Assembly: GCA_001599295.1 (NCBI GenBank)
Contig: BCGN01000001.1
Coordinates: forward strand, 806,001 to 870,000
Source of the DNA: Sporopachydermia quercuum
Lineage: Eukaryota
DNA: 64,000 nucleotides
Direction of reading: 5' to 3'
In this document: piece by piece, positions 23,045-34,352 of the stretch
Layout of the letters: each line of letters opens with the position of its first letter
Numbering within the stretch: the first letter of the stretch is position 1
Notes under the pieces: model-generated
Databases searched by the model: none
Told to the model about the DNA's origin: nothing
Seen by the model: the letters and a program-made list of their open reading frames with translations, nothing else
Position numbers and translations under genes: made by a program

Positions 23045-23530
23045 TGCTAAAAGATTCTCAGTATTAAGTGGTAAAAGAGTGATCTTCTGTATCTCCCCTC
23101 CTTTCAGGTACCATACCAAGTATGAGAGGAGACACAAGGTAACTCAGAGTAGGCAATGCAATGGGAATGAGTACATTGAACAGTATAGAAGTATGGAGAT
23201 GAAATATACAATTGAATGTCTATTTGACTTCCTTTATAGTATAAATCTATATTCAAAACTTCGAAAGAAAAAAAAATCTAACAAGGTTCTAAATTGTAGC
23301 ATATTGGTAAAAGCTATCTTTTTATCATGAGGGTCTAAACTGACAAAAACATATGTCTGTGATTATGTAAACATAAGCTACTCCAGATTTCTTAACAGCC
23401 CATGTTAATGGATCTAAATGGATTGAAAAATATAAGCAAACAAAAAATATAAATGAGAAAGAACCTGACTAAGATCTCCCTTCTCAGAAATCAAACCTAC
23501 CTATTTTTGTTGTCGTTTTCACCTTATCTC

Positions 23531-24655
23531 TTACAGCTTCCAATTTCTTGATACTCTGTCCAAGAAATTGGCTCCGTTAGGATCGGGTTCAGGACCAACT
23601 CTTAGCACTCCATCTTGTATGAAGGAACATACAAGCTTTGTTCCGTTTTCTACCCAGATTCTTCCATTATACAAACCTCTTCCATCACCAGCAAAATCAG
23701 ACCATGTTTCCATTAAACACCAATCTGCCAGTGACAGTTTTGAAAAATCATGGAATATAAATGTATGCGTCAGGCTGGCGATCTGTTGTATATCAGGAAA
23801 CCGATTCTGAACTCTAGCGACTGTGAAAAGAGAGTTACGATCAGATGCAAATAAAAATGCTGCTATTGCCATGTTTCCTTTCATTGATTGATCAGAACCA
23901 TTTGCTCTCAAGAAATGCAATATACGGCGATGAGATGTGTTATTATTCTTGTTGAATTCCACGTTGTCAACCAAACGGGTATCAAGAAGCTTTTGAGGAT
24001 TATAGGCTTTCAATTTATAGTATTCTTTGAATCTCTCATCATTCATATGCCTAGCTACCCATTCAGTATCAGCAGGAACTCCTGTTTCGTAAGCAAGTGG
24101 CAATTTATCAATACCATTTGGAGCTAGTACTTTTGGTGAAAGTTCGGGCCTGAGTTTTGCTTGATCAGATAAAATTTCCTCTTTATCTTTTTTCTTGAAA
24201 TTTACTGTGGCTATGAAACAAAGATTTTCGTTCGTGAGGAGCTTCTTAACAGCAATCTCATTATCGTGAACAATAATCTTTGCCTTTTTTCTATTGTTAT
24301 AAAGTCCAATATCAAGTTCCACAGATGAATCTTGATAAACATGCACTAAACGAGTGGAGTACGACTTACCATCTCGCAGATGAGAAACTAGATAATAGAA
24401 AGGTGTATTTGTTTTTCCAGGTAATAGAAAAGATCCCTGAAAGGCATGGCACAATAAATCCTTGTTTGGCAATGTTTCTGCAGCTGCTAATAATGATTGA
24501 GCACACACATGACCTCCAAAAGCTGCAAAGGCAATAATTGGACGATAAGGAATCACTTTTGACCTGAATAACGAAGGTTGAGATTGGTCATCCCCAAAAT
24601 CAATCTTCACCTTCTCTATTCCCATAGACTGTGTAAATGACAATGGTTCTAGCAT
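23531..24655 (-). CDS. TES1: Acyl-CoA thioesterase II (TesB/ACOT8 family)
   Basis: FGGHVCAQSLLAA, LRDGKSYSTRLV, FASDRNSL, SLTHTFIFH, GRGLYNGRIW and QDGVLR. Confidence 0.8.
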   Translation of the reverse strand: MLEPLSFTQSMGIEKVKIDFGDDQSQPSLFRSKVIPYRPIIAFAAFGGHVCAQSLLAAAETLPNKDLLCHAFQGSFLLPGKTNTPFYYLVSHLRDGKSYSTRLVHVYQDSSVELDIGLYNNRKKAKIIVHDNEIAVKKLLTNENLCFIATVNFKKKDKEEILSDQAKLRPELSPKVLAPNGIDKLPLAYETGVPADTEWVARHMNDERFKEYYKLKAYNPQKLLDTRLVDNVEFNKNNNTSHRRILHFLRANGSDQSMKGNMAIAAFLFASDRNSLFTVARVQNRFPDIQQIASLTHTFIFHDFSKLSLADWCLMETWSDFAGDGRGLYNGRIWVENGTKLVCSFIQDGVLRVGPEPDPNGANFLDRVSRNWKL

Positions 24656-25984
24656 TTCTACTTCTCTTGCTTATGCCTAGTGTAACTGATTTTGCTATAT
24701 TCTATTTGACTTTTAAGTATACAATTGTTTAACATTAGACTATTCATCTGCTCAGTTATGTACGCATCAGAATATCAATTGTTTCGCCTCGTTATCGTCC
24801 AAGTTCTTATCTTGCTTTTCTCGAAACATTACAAATATCTTTTCCAGAAGGTCAATTATTATCACTACATAAGCATTCAGGTGCCCTAATCATATTTCAT
24901 ACCTCAAGCCGAAGGAACAAAGTGAGCTCGACCGAATGTATTAGAATAACGGAATAAATAACAAAAGGTTTAGATAAAAGTGGGGATTAAGTTTGTCTCA
25001 ATACAGGTCGAGTGATTTGTTATCGAGTGGTGATAGGAACAGCAATTGGATCAGTTTATAAATATGAAATAAGTAATGAAAGAAAGCTTTGTCAATTGAT
25101 ATATATAACTAGAAGCTGTTAATGTCAAGTTTGTAATCTTGCCCAAGGAATTGTAGCTCTTATATTGGTATTTCGGTATATAATAGTTTTATACACGTAA
25201 TGGAGAACAGAATTCAACTGCTCGATACATTTTGTTAAACCTATCATCTTTTCCAAACATAGCAAATGCATAGTTAAAGCGGCAACCAAGTTAATTTTTT
25301 GGCTGTGCTACTAGCTATTTCTACTATTTCTATCCAATACTTTCATATGAAACCCATGAATATGCATATTTTATCCCATCGTTTTTCTTCCTTTCATCTC
25401 CCATCCTCGCTCACTCCAAGTCCCATTTTAACATTAGAGTTTGAGCAAACGTATTTAGGCATAAGATTTTGCGGGGTTTCCTAATCTTACTTCTCATTTA
25501 GTTAATCGTATCTCAAAACAGAAGTTTCTAAACTTTAAATAGTAACTAACCAAATCTTAGAGAGAAGAAAGCAAATTGATGAAGGACATTACTCACTACA
25601 GATATGTTTGGTTGATCAATGATCAGATGAAGCCATTATGACTGCTTGGCAGTAAGATACAATACTCTTTTATGTGTTGAATGTATGAAACGCTTAGTTT
25701 ATCAATTGGTGAAGAACTACTCAACTAGGTCATCACTTACTAAAAGGTGCAAAACTTCTGTAAATGCATGTTCATAAACAAACAATAGCTTGAAAGGCCC
25801 TTAAACGTCACATAGTACCCTAAGAGGTTACGAGCTCTATTGCTTGAAATATTTTGCTACGTCTCATATACGAGATAGAGATAGCTATTTATACGGAGAT
25901 ATAAGCCTAATTGAGATACATCTACTCTGGGCATTCGTTCTTTTTGACGCTATCAGATTTTTTCTATGCACTAGAAAGACAAGT

Positions 25985-27178
25985 ATGGGAAATGCAAATT
26001 CGACAGCAAGAAAAGTATTGCCTGAAGCATCGTCATCTGTTAGAAGCTTCTCATCAGCAAAAGATCAAAAAGGCAGATATGATAACGTGAAAAGGAAAAC
26101 CTCAAAAAGGAGAGCAGCAACACCAGTGGCCTCAGAGTCAATGGCGATGACAGTTCCTAACGGCGAAACAAACAGTATAACGATTAGTAATGGAAGAGAA
26201 AATTATCATTCGTTTACTGATTATGACCCAGACATAGATATGGATCTCACTGTTGGAATATCACAAAGTGAATTGTTTATTGCAGATTTACCTATGCTTG
26301 AACCACAGGTTAACCGGGACATAAATTCAAATGCTTCTAGAAGCGGATCTCACTCTCATGTTAATTTGATCGAAGAGAATAACATTATGTCTAACTGGCC
26401 GGAAGTAGAACATCAAGAGTTTGTTCCAATAACTCAAACGGAAACAAATCCAATTTCTGGTGATACAACATCGGTTGTAATTCAATTCAAAGACACCCCA
26501 GATGCATCGTCTGTAGCTGTTATTGGCTCATTTACCTCTTGGATGCCTAGACCACTACCAAGAGTCTATCCATCATCATCATCAATTCCATACTTTGCAG
26601 CTACATTTCATTTAGAGGTTGGCAAAACATATCGATTCAGATTTATAGTGAATGCAGAACCAGTATGTTCTGATTACTATCCCACAGCAACAGATTATCA
26701 GGGTAATTTTGTTAACTATCTTGATTTGTCGCTCTCACCATCACCGCCACAGATTACCCAACAGGTATCAGTTCCTCCAGAGATATCTACTTATGGTGGC
26801 TACTATGATGTTGATTTAGACGAAGAGTTTGGTCTAGATGTCTTAAATCCACCGTTAGTTTACTGTACAAATATTCCTGAAGCATTCGCGATATCTAACG
26901 ATGATAGTCTCATTCATCATGATAACCTACCCGAAATACCATATTTGCCTGTACAACTAGATTCAGTTATACTGAATGATCGAATAGATGATTCTGATAG
27001 GGTAATGGAACCACCAAATTATGTTGTTCTCAATCATTTAGCGACATCCAGTATTAAGAATGAAACCCTGGCTGTCGCAAGCATTACAAGATATTCCAAG
27101 AAGTTTGTCACCCAAATAATGTACGCACCAATGAACCAACTAGAACAAACAACGCACTCAAACGGCTTGAGAGCATAA
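25985..27178 (+). CDS. SNF1/AMPK beta subunit (Sip1/Sip2/Gal83 family)
   Basis: Start MGNANS (myristoylation-type); CBM-like VAVIGSFTSW...YRFRFIV...ATDYQGNFVNYL; ASC domain PNYVVLNHLATSSIKNETLAVASITRYSKKFVTQIMYAP. Confidence 0.9.
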   Translation: MGNANSTARKVLPEASSSVRSFSSAKDQKGRYDNVKRKTSKRRAATPVASESMAMTVPNGETNSITISNGRENYHSFTDYDPDIDMDLTVGISQSELFIADLPMLEPQVNRDINSNASRSGSHSHVNLIEENNIMSNWPEVEHQEFVPITQTETNPISGDTTSVVIQFKDTPDASSVAVIGSFTSWMPRPLPRVYPSSSSIPYFAATFHLEVGKTYRFRFIVNAEPVCSDYYPTATDYQGNFVNYLDLSLSPSPPQITQQVSVPPEISTYGGYYDVDLDEEFGLDVLNPPLVYCTNIPEAFAISNDDSLIHHDNLPEIPYLPVQLDSVILNDRIDDSDRVMEPPNYVVLNHLATSSIKNETLAVASITRYSKKFVTQIMYAPMNQLEQTTHSNGLRA

Positions 27179-27420
27179 ATGAGCAATATGAACATTTTTG
27201 AGAGAGAAACAGATGAAAAAATAGCATATACCAGCACAGCCCAACACAACATCACACTACATAACGTTACATTAATTATTCTTGGATAAATGACGGAAAG
27301 CTTCTCAACAAGAGAATATCTTTGAACCGAATGAATTTATTTCGAATCCTATAAACATCAAGCACATAACAAGATATAAAACCTCACAAAAGGATTATAT
27401 ACTATTCCCCCAGTACATAT

Positions 27421-28212
27421 TTAATTACCCAATGCTGTAATGTTGAGTTGTCTCATACGTTGTAACACTTCGTCCACTCTTTGATCCAACAAACCTGCCG
27501 TATATTCTTCTCTGCTTTGAGCATCTAAATACTGTTGTACTTGAGCCAATCTTGTATAAGCTTCTGTACAGAACCGAAGCTGGATCTTCACTAAAGCTTC
27601 AAATGATGGATCAAGATAAGGAACTCTTAAATCAATCAATTGTGGTAATTCTGTTGTCAGTTGAGTATTCAAGTTTTCATAGATCTCCTTAGCAAATTGC
27701 AGATCTTTCTCCACTCTTGGTAGTTTAGAGACATCATCACTTGGCTTCTCAGCAAGTTTTTTTGCCTTGGCACGTAATGAATCATAATCCATCATTTTAT
27801 GCTGTCTCTTCTTAATAGCCTCATTTATATCAACAAAATATGCACAGAATCTAGTGATAGGATCTAAAACAGTTTCTCTGTAGGGTCCATCTAATTCTTT
27901 CACCGTTTCGGCATCTAATTCTTGAATTGCTTGAACATAGTAATTTCCAACTCCATCAAGAGTAGTTACACCGTCACCAAAGAATGCTTTCATAGTCTCT
28001 GCAATAGCAGATTGTGATGCTGTCATTGCTCTTAACGAATCCAAGTATCCTTTAGCTTCTTTTTCCATCTTTTTGGCACCTGCTTCAAGAACTCGAAATC
28101 TTCGTTCTTCTAATTCGTAGTTCTTATCAATTGTCTTTTCTACGTGTCCCGCCTTCATCATCACTGATGTACCAGCGCGGTTCACCGCCTTTTTGAATCC
28201 TGACCAACTCAT
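27421..28212 (-). CDS. RVS161: N-BAR amphiphysin Rvs161
   Basis: MSWSGFKKAVNRAG...AKGYLDSLRAMTASQ...ELPQLIDLRVPYLDPSFEALVKIQLRFCTE; no SH3 domain. Confidence 0.96.
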   Translation of the reverse strand: MSWSGFKKAVNRAGTSVMMKAGHVEKTIDKNYELEERRFRVLEAGAKKMEKEAKGYLDSLRAMTASQSAIAETMKAFFGDGVTTLDGVGNYYVQAIQELDAETVKELDGPYRETVLDPITRFCAYFVDINEAIKKRQHKMMDYDSLRAKAKKLAEKPSDDVSKLPRVEKDLQFAKEIYENLNTQLTTELPQLIDLRVPYLDPSFEALVKIQLRFCTEAYTRLAQVQQYLDAQSREEYTAGLLDQRVDEVLQRMRQLNITALGN

Positions 28213-29036
28213 TGTATTACGAATCGATCTTGAATGTTACAGAGCCTTAATTAAGACGATTTATGGTTAATGAATATTATAAATACTTGAATAGAAAGGT
28301 ATGCTCCCTTTATATGCCCTTGGGAAAATCGTTTGTAATCGTTGTCGGAGTAGATCCTTTTCCCTGATGATCGATAGCAACTCCCAGACCTGATTGCACT
28401 AACGATTCAACCAACAATTTAATTTAATGCTGTTGAAACGTATAAATCACCGTTTTTGTCTCACGGGAGCCCTTTTCAAAGTTTGTTGCTGTTCTAGATG
28501 ACATTGATATTGATTCAGATAGGTTTCATCTAGCTCATAACGGTTAAGTCAAGTATCATTCCCTTTCTTGTCACAAAGTGAGAAGGGAGGCAGTACATGG
28601 GATAAGAAGTAATAATAGAAAAGGGTAAAGCGGGAAATGGGACAAGAGTCTTGGCAGGGTCTACTTTAATACTAGATGTAAGGGTGTATAATATCACAGT
28701 TGATGGTTCGAATTTTCTTGATTATATAAGCATAGATTGGTAATTGTAGATACGAATAGTAAAGTAAGGTCTTCTGTATGGTATGGTATGAATACCATTT
28801 GTTGCTTCACATGATGACATGAGAATAAGAGATAGTGATGAGATCTCGTTATTATAATAATCGATTACTTTGTTAGTGGACGGTCTTGTTTCTCCTGAGT
28901 ATATTTCTAGTCAAGAACTTCAGTGTAAGACTAAGAAGATAGACAACTCAACTACTGGTGTTGAGCAGCACAAACATACATGAGAGGCGCTGTTCATTTC
29001 GATTCATAGGAATCATCACACCGGAAAGGTAGAAGA

Positions 29037-29585
29037 ATGAGTCGAACTAAAGCTTTGGTCCAAATTTGGAGCGAATATCTAACGAAATCATTAGCCAACA
29101 AAGCGACAAGTTTGAATATTAATGTTCCATTGAAAGAGGAATCTCAAGTTGACGAACTCTTGAGCATAGATCCGGAATGGTCAAATACACTACCTGTGGA
29201 TGATAAAGTTATGGATCTTGATTCTATTAACAGAGATACACTTCATAAATTACTAAAAGTATCAGCATTACCGAAACCAATATCGCAAGAAAAAGAAAAT
29301 AATCTGATAGAAGTCCTAAGGGAGCAGTTAAAATTCATTGATCATGTGCATACCTTTAGAATAGAAACTGAAATGAACGACCCAAGACTAAAGCCACAAC
29401 CAGAACCTATAAGTTTTGAAGAATTGATGAACTCAGGAAAAAAAGGAGACTCATCTGAAAATTCAATTGAAGAAAAAATGGAATATGGCTTAAATCAAAA
29501 TTGGCTGCCTGCTAGATTGGCTAAAAAAAGTACCATAAAAGGAGAGTATGTTTTGGATGCAACATTGGACAAGATACCAGAATAA
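29037..29585 (+). CDS. GTF1: Mitochondrial Glu-tRNA(Gln) amidotransferase subunit F (GatF/GatC-like)
   Basis: TLHKLLKVSALPKP...LREQLKFIDHVH resembles the fungal GatF core; adjacent to PCP1, as YGR102C/YGR101W are in S. cerevisiae. Confidence 0.7.
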   Translation: MSRTKALVQIWSEYLTKSLANKATSLNINVPLKEESQVDELLSIDPEWSNTLPVDDKVMDLDSINRDTLHKLLKVSALPKPISQEKENNLIEVLREQLKFIDHVHTFRIETEMNDPRLKPQPEPISFEELMNSGKKGDSSENSIEEKMEYGLNQNWLPARLAKKSTIKGEYVLDATLDKIPE

Positions 29586-29736
29586 TCTTATAATTTAATC
29601 TATTGGAAACTGATTTTCCTTTCTATGTACATAATGTGAAAAAATAGTTATTTATACTAGACATGGACGTAAACGAGTATTTGTGCAACACATTCTTGTC
29701 TTCTAACTAAAGTCCTGATATACGATAGATCTTGCG

Positions 29737-30870
29737 TCAATTTCGTGCTTTTCTTCTGTCTGATAGGAGCTTCAAGATCTCGTAATAAAGAAGTCCAGCA
29801 ACTGTGCCACCAATGTGGCCAGCATAGTCCAAACGACCCCATTTGAAAAATAATCCAGCAAAATTAAATGCAGTGGCTACACCTAAAGCAGAGATTGCTC
29901 CACCAGGAATTGGTAGGAAGAACAAAGATACAGGTTGAGTAGGATACAACATTGTGAAGAAAGCAAAAAGACCGAAAGCAGCATTTGATGCTCCGAGACT
30001 TCCTGGTGACTGAGCAACAGCTAGTTTAGCTGCAAACTTTCCTTGACGAAGTGCTGACAAGTATGGGTATAAAACAGACGTCAATGATCCAATCAAAGCA
30101 GAATTAAGATATATAGATGTTGTCATACCTGGGCCAACCGTGTAGACAACAGCATTAGCAAGATACCAAATTGACATCATATTCATGGCCAAATGGAAAA
30201 ACTCATAGTGAGAAAAACTGGATAAAAGCATACTCCATTTACTGAAGTTGATATCTCCTGGATTCATTACGAAATATTTCGTTAAAGTAGAAATTCCTCT
30301 GCCCAAAGTGAAACAACCGAAAACTGCTAAATTGAGACCTATTAATGTGTAAACAAGTTCTTTGCGATGTCTTCTGAAGTATGATAATGGAGGATATTTG
30401 AACAAGGTTGGCACCAGGAAAAAAATCAATGGGAACATAATAAGAGTGAATAATAACGCTGTTTTGACTGTCGGTGGTAGCCCGTTATTGTTCATAGAGC
30501 CAGATGACCATCTTCCAATAGATCTATGTGTAGCATTTAGAATTGTTGAGATAGAGAATGCACGTTTTGAAAATGAGACATTTTTCAATGTTTGTTTGGA
30601 AGCTACCTTAATTATGATATCTGTAGCCATTCTTGATTGTTTCAATGGTCTCAATGACAATAGAAATGTGCTAGATTGAAGTAAAGATGGTTGCTTCTTT
30701 GTTGTTATATGACCAGTTCTAGTGAAAAAGGACAATCTAGTTGATTGCACTGGTTTGAATAACTTAGGTGAAAACCTAGGAAGAAATCCCCCATGATTGA
30801 ATGATTTCATAGTCGGGATATTTCCGGAGAAGAAACACTTCCCTAAGGAAGAAGTAAATTTACTTGCCAT
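29737..30870 (-). CDS. PCP1: Mitochondrial rhomboid protease (Pcp1/PARL)
   Basis: Arg/Ser-rich presequence; SSFSHYEFFHLAMNM, SLGASN and LDYAGHIGG motifs. Confidence 0.9.
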   Translation of the reverse strand: MASKFTSSLGKCFFSGNIPTMKSFNHGGFLPRFSPKLFKPVQSTRLSFFTRTGHITTKKQPSLLQSSTFLLSLRPLKQSRMATDIIIKVASKQTLKNVSFSKRAFSISTILNATHRSIGRWSSGSMNNNGLPPTVKTALLFTLIMFPLIFFLVPTLFKYPPLSYFRRHRKELVYTLIGLNLAVFGCFTLGRGISTLTKYFVMNPGDINFSKWSMLLSSFSHYEFFHLAMNMMSIWYLANAVVYTVGPGMTTSIYLNSALIGSLTSVLYPYLSALRQGKFAAKLAVAQSPGSLGASNAAFGLFAFFTMLYPTQPVSLFFLPIPGGAISALGVATAFNFAGLFFKWGRLDYAGHIGGTVAGLLYYEILKLLSDRRKARN

Positions 30871-31554
30871 TACTGATGACGTCCTTGTTTATGATCTGAT
30901 TGGAGATGATATCAAATCTCGATCAACGTGATAATCTGATGGTTAATCATGAAATATGACAGGCAAACTAAGTCATACACCAGTTGAATAGTCAATGATC
31001 TGCTTGTAATAGCTGCTAAGGTACAGTAACTGATTGAAATCAATTACAATAAAACGAGTCTCGGAAGCGATGTCTACTTTTGCCACTTGGACCTCTTGTT
31101 CCAGCAACTTTTTGAATATATATGTATTTATACACATTTACGGCAGTGGCAATACTATTGATAATCTATTTTCAGTAAAGAATCTATTAGCCTTTCATTA
31201 TCAATTTCTAGTAGCATATGTCTTTGAGAGAGAAATAGCTGATGATATAATCTAAAATATGGGCCTATGACAGAGACGGGAATTCCTGAGATGTAATGAG
31301 GGTGAGAAACGTTACTGAAAGTATTATCTGTTATAGGACTAAATTCTGACTTGTATGGGAGTTGTGTAGCGTGCTGAGCTGAACTGTTTACTATTATTAT
31401 TATTATTATTTACTCTTGCAGTATATAATAATTTTGAATTACCCTATATTAACCCTATACATACTAGACTATCCGCACTAAATTGTCGAACTAAATGAAA
31501 GAAAAAGAGAATATGGTAATATGAGATGAAAAGGTACACAAAAGCACATTCTGC

Positions 31555-34176
31555 CTAAAAGCCTTCTAAACCATTGTTCTCATCACCATCCACATCAATT
31601 CTACGTTTACCATTAAGTCTCATTGCTGATATTTCCCGTTTACGCGTTTGATCTTTAACCTTCTTAGTCATTTTCTCAATTTCTTCTTCAGCATTAGTGA
31701 CATCTTGGTCAGCATATTGCATAATAAGTCTTCGACCTAACAAATGTGTACCAGTTAAAGATTTCATTGCATTCTCAGCATCCTTAGGAGTAACAAATTC
31801 AACAAATGCAAAACCACGAGCCGTCTTGTCGAATTTCTTGGGAACTCTAGCTGACTTAAGAGAACCAAATGTACCAAATAGTTGAACAATGTCTTTCCTT
31901 GTAGCCTCAAATGGTAAATTCTTAACAACAATCTTGGTCTTAGGTTTCTTATTGGAATTAGTATCATTAGAAGATCCATTGCCTTCACCCCTATGAGAAA
32001 TCTTGATCTGTAATTGATGTCCATCTAAAACATAACCGTCCATAGCTTTCATCGCGACAAATGCTTGTTGTTTAGTCTTAAACTCAACAAAACCAAATCC
32101 CATACTTAGTACATTTCCTTCCTTCTTAGGATTAGCTTTTGTCTTGATGCTAGTAATGACAAAACCATCCAAAGTTTTGAAAAGATCTGTGAGTTCTTTG
32201 TTGGTAGTCTTGAAATTCAAGTTCTTGACAAACAAAGATGTAGTTGTTCCAGTCTCCTCGGGTGTGTCTTCTTTCTCATTTTCCCTTCCACTCTCCAGTA
32301 GATCTTCTGCATTGGCCTTGACCACTTTGACATCCTCTTTCTTACCATCTTTACTAGTAAATCCGTCATCTGATGATGCCTCTTTGCTGAACAGATCTGC
32401 AGGGCCTTTTTCTAAGTAAAGAATAGACGTTTTAAATCTTCTATAAGCTAGTTTTGAAAACGCTGCTCTGGCTTCTGGTAAATTTGCGAATTCAACAATA
32501 GCTATGGTACCAGCCGGTGGCATCAATAATCTCTTGATTGTTCCATATTGAACAAACAACTCACCAAGCTCTTCAACAGTGGTTCCATATGGGAAATTCT
32601 TCACGAGGATGATATTATCACTTCTTTCCTTCTTTGAGAAACTATCAAGATCAACGCCTTTCTCTTCGAAATATGATCTGACATCATTGATAACTGATGC
32701 CTCTGATAATGCTTGTTGAACAGCAGAGTTAGCTGATTGAGCATCTAATAAATCTGATTTTTTCACTCCCATTTTAGCAGCAACGGATTCCATAACAGCA
32801 TCCTGATTCATATAAAGAGAGTTCCAGCTGAACTGCTGTTTTGAAGCTTGGAACTTTCGTTTTAACTCTATTTGTCTTTTGAGGGGTAAATTCTTTAAGT
32901 CGAAATCACTAAGCTTTTTCATTTCACTTCGTTTTTTATCACCAGGAAGGATATGCAATAATCTCCCTTGAAAAATCTGTTTATCTAAGCTTAAAAACGC
33001 TTGACATGCGTCATCATGATCTTTGAAAAGTGCATAAACAAATCCCTTCGGCTTGTTCTTTTTTGGATCAACAGGCATATGAACCTCTTCTAACTCACCG
33101 TATTTTGATAATAGGCCTCTGAAATCATTTTCAGTGGCATGATAATCGATATTTCGTATGAAAAGACGTCCCGTTTCACTAATTTTCTTCAGAGCTTTGT
33201 CCTGTTCTGTTTCTTGTGGAATGAATTCTTCTTCATCTTGTTCCCTATCACTACTATTTACCCGTCTTATGGTTTTCCCTGATACCGCACTTTCATTAGC
33301 TTCCCTCGTATCATCCTCACTATTTTCGTCTCCTTCAGTATTGGTTCCATCTTCTTTTATGAGTTTCCGTCTCAGTTTAAGCCATTCAAAATCAGATACT
33401 GACTCATCAACTTTGTTCCCCGTTCCCTCTGCACTATCATCCTGTTGTTCCTTTTCAGGAATGTCACTCAATTTTATGAATTCTTCTTTGTTATGATCAC
33501 TATCATCATCTGCTTCATCCTTGTTTTCAACACCTTTACCAGGAACGAAACTCGAGTATTCATCATCACTGTCAGCGTCTGGCAATTTAAGCATATCATC
33601 ATCATCATCATCATCATTATCATTATCATTTTCAATTTCTGTCTGAAAAGTATTACTGGTTTCAACGCCAGCATAAACATCAATACCTTCGTCGTTGGCC
33701 CACGTTTTCATATTTGCTCTTGGTTGCATTATGTTCAAGAACTCCTTCAGCTTCTCATCTTTTGGTTCATTCTCCTGCGTGTCATTGCTTTTCTTATTTT
33801 TCTTCACTTTTTTACTTTTCAGTTTTTCTTCCATTCGTTGTAATTTTTCTTCTGTGGCAATCTCAGCTTCACGTAGCCTCTTCTTCCTTTCTGACCACGG
33901 CACAGGAACGCTGCTACTAGCAAAGGATTTTGCTAATTCCACTTCTATCCTGGCTGTATCAATGAAACTTTTATTGAAGAATTTGCAAGCACTTTTAGCA
34001 TCATCTTCTGATCTAAATCCTAAGAATGCAAACCTTCTAGATACACCTTCTTTGTTTGTTTTCAATTGTACATCTGTAATTTTCCTCTCATCATATCCGT
34101 TCTTCTGAAAATGCTCTTTGAGCTTTTCCTCCGTAAGATATATGGGAATGTTCTTTACAATGATCCGTGAAGACAT
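31555..34176 (-). CDS. MRD1: Multiple-RRM 40S biogenesis factor Mrd1 (RBM19)
   Basis: Start MSSRIIVKNIP (ATG at 34176); five RRMs; WNSLYMNQDAV, LLMPPAGTIAIVEF and KIVVKNLPFEA. Confidence 0.96.
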   Translation of the reverse strand: MSSRIIVKNIPIYLTEEKLKEHFQKNGYDERKITDVQLKTNKEGVSRRFAFLGFRSEDDAKSACKFFNKSFIDTARIEVELAKSFASSSVPVPWSERKKRLREAEIATEEKLQRMEEKLKSKKVKKNKKSNDTQENEPKDEKLKEFLNIMQPRANMKTWANDEGIDVYAGVETSNTFQTEIENDNDNDDDDDDDMLKLPDADSDDEYSSFVPGKGVENKDEADDDSDHNKEEFIKLSDIPEKEQQDDSAEGTGNKVDESVSDFEWLKLRRKLIKEDGTNTEGDENSEDDTREANESAVSGKTIRRVNSSDREQDEEEFIPQETEQDKALKKISETGRLFIRNIDYHATENDFRGLLSKYGELEEVHMPVDPKKNKPKGFVYALFKDHDDACQAFLSLDKQIFQGRLLHILPGDKKRSEMKKLSDFDLKNLPLKRQIELKRKFQASKQQFSWNSLYMNQDAVMESVAAKMGVKKSDLLDAQSANSAVQQALSEASVINDVRSYFEEKGVDLDSFSKKERSDNIILVKNFPYGTTVEELGELFVQYGTIKRLLMPPAGTIAIVEFANLPEARAAFSKLAYRRFKTSILYLEKGPADLFSKEASSDDGFTSKDGKKEDVKVVKANAEDLLESGRENEKEDTPEETGTTTSLFVKNLNFKTTNKELTDLFKTLDGFVITSIKTKANPKKEGNVLSMGFGFVEFKTKQQAFVAMKAMDGYVLDGHQLQIKISHRGEGNGSSNDTNSNKKPKTKIVVKNLPFEATRKDIVQLFGTFGSLKSARVPKKFDKTARGFAFVEFVTPKDAENAMKSLTGTHLLGRRLIMQYADQDVTNAEEEIEKMTKKVKDQTRKREISAMRLNGKRRIDVDGDENNGLEGF
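33595..33629. repeat. (TCA)n trinucleotide microsatellite encoding the Asp/Asn tract of Mrd1
   Basis: atcatcatcatcatcatcatcattatcattatcat is read as NDNDNDDDDDDD on the minus strand. Confidence 0.8.
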
Positions 34177-34340
34177 TTTTTTCTCAGTATTGCTGATCAC
34201 ACTGTTGGTTAGTTGAGCAGATCACATATATAATACAACCAATGCTGAAATGTATAACTGTCGTGATGATACTTTCTTAGCTGCTAATGTATAACTATTA
34301 ATCTTTGATCACTAACAGAAATCTTTCCCTTCTTAATAAT

Positions 34341-34352
34341 TAAAATTTTTTC
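34341..34352. promoter_or_regulatory. RRPE element upstream of MRD1
   Basis: TAAAATTTTTTC (GAAAAAATTTTA on the gene strand) about 165 bp upstream of a ribosome-biogenesis gene. Confidence 0.55.
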
